64,000 nt of DNA. It comes from the human T2T-CHM13v2.0 reference genome, Homo sapiens. Where the stretch lies: assembly GCF_009914755.1 (NCBI RefSeq), contig NC_060928.1, one strand, 5' to 3'. Each line of letters starts with the position of its first letter. The stretch's first letter is position 1. Both the position numbers and the translations under genes were made by a program. Below the pieces are notes generated by a model. It ran no database searches. It was given only the letters and a program-made list of their open reading frames with translations, and had not been told where the DNA came from. Shown here piece by piece: positions 57,026-64,000 of this stretch.

Positions 57026-58504
57026 AAGAAATCTCCAAACTGTGGAAATCACTTTGGAGATTTGACCCAGCAATCCCAATACTGGGTATATTTCTAAAAG
57101 AAAATAGTTCATTCTGCCAAAAGACACATGCACTTGTATGTTTATCCCAGCACCATTCATAATAGTAAAAATATGGAATCATCCTAGGTACCCATCAATG
57201 ATATACTGGATAAAGAAATGTGGTACATATACACCAAGAAGTAGTAAGCGGTAGTAAGAAAACAAAAACTTGTCCTTTGCAAGAGTATACATGCAGCTGG
57301 AGGCCATCCATTATCCTCAGTGAATTAACAGAGGAACAGAAAACCAAATAGTATTTGTTTTCACTTATAAGTGGGAGCTAAATATTGGGTACTCATGAAC
57401 ATAAAGACGACAAAAATATATACTGGGGATTACTAGGGTGGGGAGGAAAAGAGGGAGGAAAAGTGTGGAAAAACTAACTGTTGAGAGCTATGCTCAATAT
57501 CTGGGTGACAGGATCATTCATATCCCAAACCTCTGCATCATACAATATACCCATGTAACAAACTTGACATGTATCCTCTGAATCCAAAATAAAAAAATTG
57601 AAATTATAAAAAAAATTGCCTTTTGCAGGAAGATGTCCTTGTTACAGATAACCTTAAGGAAAAAACATAGATAAAGCATTGACTAGTATTGGGGCTCTTT
57701 TGCCCTGAATTTGATTTAAAATGCTAATAAAGATGATAATCTGGAAAACAGTTTCAACAAAAGATATCTAGATTAATCTAGATAAATCATTACACACTTA
57801 AAAACTCCCCTTACTTTTATGTTATAGCCAGATGAGAATTAGAGATCTTATATTGGCAAAGAGCAGCAGATGCACCAGAATAAGGTGAGCTCTTTCAAAA
57901 AATATACCATTGTGCAAGTAAAGAGTGAGAAAGCAAAGTACTCAAAACCCAAGGTCCCAGCTAGAATACAAGACAACTAAAGCTGCTGATTCTAGAACTT
58001 CCTAAAACATTCATTGGGTCAACCATGATAACCTCACTTCTGGATATATAGAGCATCGCTGGAGTTGGAGAGAGGGGAGGGATGCTGAACATATAGGAAG
58101 ATTATTGGTTGAGTTACTACTTCATTAATTATGACCAAAAGTAAATTGCTTGAGTCCATAAAGTCTCTCTCTCTCCATGCTCTTTGATCCCACCTTCTCT
58201 CGTCCCCCAGTCTCAGAAATTTCAAGGAGAAAGATGTTTAGAGATGGGCCTGAAGTTTCTCTGTCTCTTAAATAACTGAAGCTTATATAGTACTTTTTGA
58301 ATATTCTGAAAAATGTTGAGAAGAGAATTAACTCAATCTTTTATAGTTTTATCAGGAGCAGGTGCCCAAATTATCTTGTGCCTGGTCACATCAGGGCAGC
58401 AGACTCCTGAATTCAACTTGTTGGTTTTGAGTGGGCATTGCAGTTGAAAAAGAAAGAGATGTCAGACGGTATGTGGGGTTCATTGGGCTAATCCAATACA
58501 ACAT

Positions 58505-60681
58505 TGATGGCACAGTAGCCATCTGGAGTGGCCACTGCACAGATGCCAGCTGCAGCAGCAGGGGAAGCATGGCCAGGGCTGTATGCTCTATGGATCTGGC
58601 AGGGGTCAGGAACAGGTGATCCCAGTGGAAGCCCTGCCTCTTACTGAGTTGGTGGGACGAGAGCCTGTGCTCCCATGCACAGATGCTGCCATCCAGTCGT
58701 GCCTCAGAACCCAGAAATCCCTGTGCTCTCAGGGATGCAGGAAGCCCCCCGAACCCGCAGGCTTGGAAGGGCCTGCTCCTGCTCCCTGGCCTCTCCCCAT
58801 TCCCCGTAAGTGCTCCAGTACAGAACAAAGTTGTGGCTGAGCCTGGATGCTGTTGTGACCCTGCCAGGTGTGTAAACACTTGGGGCGGTGCTGACATGCC
58901 AGCCCCCTGCCTCCTCAGCCCCCTCTGGACTTTGGGCAACAACAAGCACTGAAGGAAGACCAAGGGGCTAAAGATGACTCAGAGTGGGCCTGCATTTTCC
59001 CCGTAGTACAGACAACCTGGGTGCCATGGAGGGCATGTTAATAGTGGCAGGAAGCAGACAGGTACTTAGGCAGGAAGGGGTGGGTCCCTAGTGAGACCCC
59101 ACCTTCAAGCCAGGGATGGCCTGAGCCTGGAACTGGCAGGTGGAGTCCATGACCCAGAGTAAGTACTTCATTGATGACTTTTGGCCAACTGAATGGTGCT
59201 TCTTTCAGGCACAATTGTGGCCACCTATAGACCAATCAGCACTCACTTCCTTCCTTCAGTGCACATAAAAACCCCAGGCTAAGCCAGGCTCAGATACTCA
59301 TCAGGACTTCCTGCCTGCAAATAAGAGCTACCCACTTTGGGTCTCCTCTACACTCATCAGGACTACCTGCCTGTGGATAGGAGCTACCCTCTTTCAGTGT
59401 TCTCTACACTTGTCAAGATGAGCTGCCTGCAGAAAGGAGCTACCCACTTGGGTCTCCTGAGAGCTGTTCTGTCACTCAATAAAGCTACTCTGACTTGCTC
59501 ACCCTCCAGTTGTCCACCTAACCTCATTCTTCCTGGGTGCAGAACAAGAACTCAGGACCCAACAAATAAAGGGAGCAAATGGAACTGTAACATCTTCTTG
59601 GTTGGCTTGCTGAGCTGTGGGCAGTGACATGCTCTCAAACTGCAAGAGTCAAGTGGCAACCTTTTTGGAGACCCAGACCTCAAGATTCCCTGAGCCAGAG
59701 CTGCTGTAACACTATAGCCCTCCCACTCTCCATCTGTGCTGGGTGGCCACCCCAAACAATGGGAAGCAGTACTGGGGCCAGGCCAGCCAAGGAGCTGTGG
59801 GCCAGAGTGGGTGGAAGGCCTGAAAGGGCTATAACACAAACAGACTGACATGCAGCCTGCTGTTCACAATGCTGAGGGTGATGAGAAGGAGAGAAGAGCT
59901 GTGGCCCTTCTGGGAGTCCAGACCTCAGTGCTTCCCAGGGCTGTGACATGCTGTTACACCCTCTTTGGGTCTCTGCAGTTTCTGGTGCCTCTGAGCTTTC
60001 AGGAGCCACTGTGTTACCCATTGCTCACAGTGGAAATCACTTGTGGTATGCCCGGTCTAGCCACAGCCTTGCATGGAGTCAGTGATTGTGCCAGTGTGTG
60101 GAGCTGCCCACCCAATCCCATCAGCTAGTATGCCTGGCCGTGTGCAGTGGCCAGACCCCAAACCCGACAGTGAGTGGCCAACTTGGGAACCTGAAGTGGG
60201 TAGCCATCTTTATGGCTGAGTTTAGAGGTTTTATGGGTTTAGAATTGGGGAATGCATGCTGTTTGGTCCCTGGGTGGTCTGTAAAAAAGCACCATTTGAT
60301 TGGTTAAAAGGCATCATCCAGAAGGAACTAATCAAGAGAGGGTGCATGAGATGGGGATAGAAATTCTCACTCTGGTTGTGGACTCTATCCAGAACTGGCT
60401 GTTAGGTTTTCAGGCTTCAGGTTGCCTTTGGCTTGGTTCACACCTCCCTCACTGCTCTGTGCCTGGCTCACCCTTGGCAGGCATGGGATACAGGCCGGTA
60501 GCACAAGCCAAGTGCTCTGTGCCTGGCTCACCCTTGGCAGGCATGAGATCCGGGCCAGTAGCACTAGCCAAGCCCTAGTGGGCAGAACAAGTGCGGCAGG
60601 AATGAGCAAAATCCAAGCAGAGGTGCCACAAGCCACAGAGGTTTCTGGCTGGAGAAGTGAAACCCTAAGGATCCTGTGACA
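58505..60681 (+). mobile_element. MER52 (MER52D-like) ERV1 solo LTR
   Basis: tgatggca...ccatctggagtggccactgc start and aggatcctgtgaca end; TSD acat/gcat. Confidence 0.88.
60453..60572 (+). repeat. 60-bp tandem duplication (2 copies) inside MER52
   Basis: tgctctgtgcctggctcacccttggcaggcatg...agccaag occurs twice. Confidence 0.92.
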
Positions 60682-61059
60682 GCATTGTGGCTTCCACTGA
60701 AGAATGAATAATTAACATTGATGTTTTACCTGCTTCTGCAGTAAATGCTTATAAAGGCTAGAGGAAATTCTCCTCATCAGGAAAAGCTATAACTATAGAA
60801 GTGCTAATAGTGTGTGTAAAACGTTTCTGAACTTTTCTTTCTGTCCCTTCTTGGGAGATTAAATGGCAAATACAAAAAAAAGAACTCAAAGCCATCATTA
60901 AGACCTTAAAGTTAAAAGGGGTAGTACAAAAATAGGAAATCAATACAGCCATTGTATATGGACAGTGAGATAGCTAAAAGTAGCTGAATATTGTTCCAGA
61001 TATTGTAATTGTTACTCCATTGCATAGAATGATGATATTGTAGTGATATTTTTGTTCCT

Positions 61060-61693
61060 CTAGTTCAGTGAGCAGCAGAGAGTGGCCTCCAGCAGCTTTT
61101 CCACTCCCATAGTTCAGAAAGCAGGAGAGAGTGTTACAAACATATTTACTCTCACCATCCACAGCTCAGCAACAGCACCCAGTGGCTTCTTTCACTCCCA
61201 TAGTTTGGTGAGTGGGAGAGAGTGTTACAGCTCTTTTTGCTCCCCCCATTCAGCAGTTTATGGGCTCTTGTCTAGCAACCAAGAAGAATGAGGTATGCAG
61301 ACACCAGAAATGAGCAAGAGAGAATAGAATTTTATTGAGCTACAGAAAGGCTCTCGACAGTGAGTGGGAACCTGAAGTGGGTAGCTGTCTTTGTGGCTGA
61401 GTATGGGGTATTTATGGGCTTTGAATTGGGGAATGCATGCTGATTGGTCTATGGATGGTCTTGGAAGAAGCATCATTTGATTGCATTTGATTGGTTGAAA
61501 GACATCATCCAGAAGGAACCAATCGAGAGAGAGTGCCTGAGATTGGGGATGGAAGTTCTCACTCTGATTGTGAACTCTATCCAGAACTGGCTGTCAGGTT
61601 TTCAGGCTTCAGGCTGTCTTTGGCTTGAATGTTGGATTTCACTGGGGACCCATCTCTGTCTGCCTAAGAATTTGTCTGTCTCCTGTCTTATCA
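61060..61693 (-). mobile_element. ERV1 LTR of the LTR1/LTR27/LTR28/MER50 group
   Basis: Reverse complement starts tgataagacaggagacagacaaattcttaggcagacag; AATAAA on the minus strand near 61330; left end uncertain. Confidence 0.7.
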
Positions 61694-61969
61694 ATATTTA
61701 CTGTATTTTGCTGGAACTTGCCAACACATTCATTTCTATCTCACTGGCATCTGAGGACCATGAGCAATTCATGTTTATGTCACAAATTCTCCAATGTATA
61801 CTCTCTTAAATTCCCTAAGGTACTATTTTACACCCATGGATAGTTAAAAATTTTACATGAGTGCCTCTACCCTCCATGTCCAAAAAGTTCACTGTATAGA
61901 TAAAGTCCTGTTGGCTGGCATGTCTAAGATGGAGTTTCAACAGGGTAAATTGAATATCTTAATTAGGAT

Positions 61970-62527
61970 TGAGATGAAGCAGGGACCTGCTGCCCACTAA
62001 CCCACACTGAACATAGAGAAAAAAGAAAAATTTGAATTTTTCCTTTCAAGGGAAATACCAGGCACTTAGCTAGCCCTTCAACCAAAAATTAGGGAAATGA
62101 ATGAATAACCTGCTAAGCAAGAAGATAATAGTAGTTTAAATAGTCATTCCAGTAGGTTAGAGTCACAAGATGTTCGCTTGCTTATAGAAAATAAATATCT
62201 TGACATATGTCCTTGAGTTGTTTTCCAGAAATCAGGATCCCCACTCAATGGAAAATGCCAAACACTCTCATGTAGACCTCAGATAGACTGAAACCAAAAT
62301 AGATAAAGAAGTTCAAGAAATTTCCCAGCACTTAACTTACTTTGGAGACACCCTTGCCCTTGCCTTCAAAAACTCTTGCTTATAAGCAAGAGTTTGGATT
62401 GTTGCTGTTAGCTGCCCATTCTCCTTCCTTGGTGCTTTGCAATAAATGCCTTTCTCTCTGCATATTTTGGTGTCAGTGTTTGGTTTTGCTGCACTAGACA
62501 AATGGTCCCAAGTTTGGTTCAGTAATA
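61970..62527 (+). mobile_element. MER39-like ERV1 solo LTR
   Basis: tgagatgaagcagggacc...ttcaagggaaataccaggcacttagctagcc...aataaa...gtttggttcagtaata. Confidence 0.82.
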
Positions 62528-62629
62528 CTATAGTTTAAGAATAAGATCTAAAATTAAGTAATAGGAGACTTCCAACTTTCTTTGTATTCAAATTTATAAT
62601 TTGTATTAGGATTGTTTTAATTATTCTAC

Positions 62630-62870
62630 TTATTTACATATCCAAAAAAATTTGAGTCACTTTCAACTTGTAAAGAAAAAAGCCTGATGATATATTGAGG
62701 ATTGTGTTGATCAATAAATATGATATTTTTCAATGTATTTACATTTTCTTTAATCTTTAACACAGGTATTTTATAGTTTTCTGTATATGGATCATGCACT
62801 TTTTTTGTTAAATTTCTCCCTACACATTTTAACTTATAAATGGTATTGTGAATGAAATAGTTTATTTGTG
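62630..62870 (-). mobile_element. Old L1M ORF2 fragment
   Basis: ORF 62626-62973 contains L1-like NLTKKVHDPYTENYK. Confidence 0.7.
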
Positions 62871-62944
62871 TATGGGTGGGTGGGTGGGTGAGTGTGTGTG
62901 CACACTTGCTGTGGAACTGATTATTTTGTTTCTGTATAATGACT

Positions 62945-63625
62945 TTTTTTATTTTAATGAGAACATTTGGCATAAGATATTCAATTTTAATAAATTTTAA
63001 GTTTTTTTTACTACTGGTGTATTTAAGTAATTTTTACTACTGGTGTAATGTTGTACAATAGCAGATCTCTAGAGTTAATATATCTTACTTAACTGAAAAT
63101 TTATGACAATTTACTACCAATTTTCTATTTGTCCCTCCACCCTCAACCTCTGGTAATTACCATTCTTCTTCTCTTGGATTCTATAAATTTGATGATTTTG
63201 GATATTCACAGGAGTGAGATCACGCAGTATTTGTCATTCAGTGACCGGCTTATTTTACTTAGCGTAATGCCCTCAAGATTCATTGATGCTGCTGCACATT
63301 GAGGACTTTCCTTCTTTGTTTGTAAGTCTAAATAGTATTCCATCGTATGTATATACCACATCTTTTTTACTCCATTCTTCTGTCTATGGACAATGAAGGT
63401 TGTTTCACATCTTGGCTATTATGAATAGTATGGCAATTAACCTAGAAGTGCTAATATATCTTCCAGATTCTAATTTTAATTCTTTTAGATAAATACTTAG
63501 AAGTAGAATTGCTGGATCGTATGGTAGCTCTATTTTTAATTTTAAAAGGAATATCCATACTGCTATTACCACCAACATTGTACAAGAGTTCTAATTTCTC
63601 TATATTATTGCCCACACATGATTTT
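62945..63625 (-). mobile_element. L1MA/MB 3' end fragment
   Basis: gagtgagatcacgcagtatttgtc...gaattgctggatcgtatggtagctctatttttaat. Confidence 0.82.
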
Positions 63626-64000
63626 TTCTTTTTTTAATTCAATTTTTATTTTTAGATACATGGATACATGTGCAGGTTTCTTACACTGGTATATTCTATA
63701 GTGAGCATAGTACCCAGTATATAGTTTTTCAACCCACATCTCCTTTTCTCTCTCTCCCAAAGTAGTCTGCAGTGTCTATTGTTCCCATGTTTATGTCCAT
63801 GTGTACCCAATGTTTGGCTCCCACTTATAAGTGAGAACATATGATATTTGGATTTCTGCCCTGCATTAATTTGCTTAGAATTATGGCCTCCAACTCCATC
63901 CATGTTCTCCAAAGGATATGATTTAATTCTTTTATATGGCCGTGTAGTATTCCATACTGTGTATGTTCCATATTTTCTTTATCAATCAACCATTGATGGG
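63626..64000 (-). mobile_element. L1PA15/16-like 3' end, continues beyond the window
   Basis: tacatgtgcaggtttcttaca...gctcccacttataagtgagaacat; ORF 63652-63912 contains KYHMFSLISGS. Confidence 0.88.

Noticed and set aside
59294-59460. Three ~55-bp repeats resembling a CRISPR-like array
   Set aside because: No unique spacers and no cas genes; such repeats are intrinsic to MER52-group LTRs, and the DNA is eukaryotic.
58391-60679. Dense overlapping ORFs up to 190 aa
   Set aside because: They lie in the GC-rich MER52 LTR, where stop codons are rare; no recognisable domain.

Overview
AT-rich, gene-poor primate (human-like) genomic DNA, probably intergenic or deep intronic. I can support no protein-coding gene, tRNA/rRNA gene or CRISPR array. 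The long ORFs in the track come from L1 ORF2 remnants, THE1-int, Alu, LTRs and microsatellites. The window is a layered record of transposons: Alu J/S/Y, L1PA3 to L1M, L2, MIR, MaLR (a full-length THE1D, MST, MLT1), ERV LTRs (MER4, MER11, MER31, MER39, MER52, MER67, LTR40) and MITEs (Tigger4a, MER1B, MER63, MER53). Family names were assigned by eye from remembered consensus sequences, not by a database search. The most striking feature that transposons do not explain is a pair of 360-bp inverted repeats (48779-49138 and 50026-50385, 3 mismatches) around an 887-bp spacer, a candidate recurrent micro-inversion or gene-conversion unit. Several other locally templated rearrangements are visible: a ~100-bp inverted copy 3.7 kb from its source, a ~270-bp copy of one LTR inside a neighbouring LTR, and a fold-back micro-inversion later hit by an L1. 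There is also a twin-primed L1 with a possible short 3' transduction, and two truncated proviruses that retain tRNA primer-binding sites.
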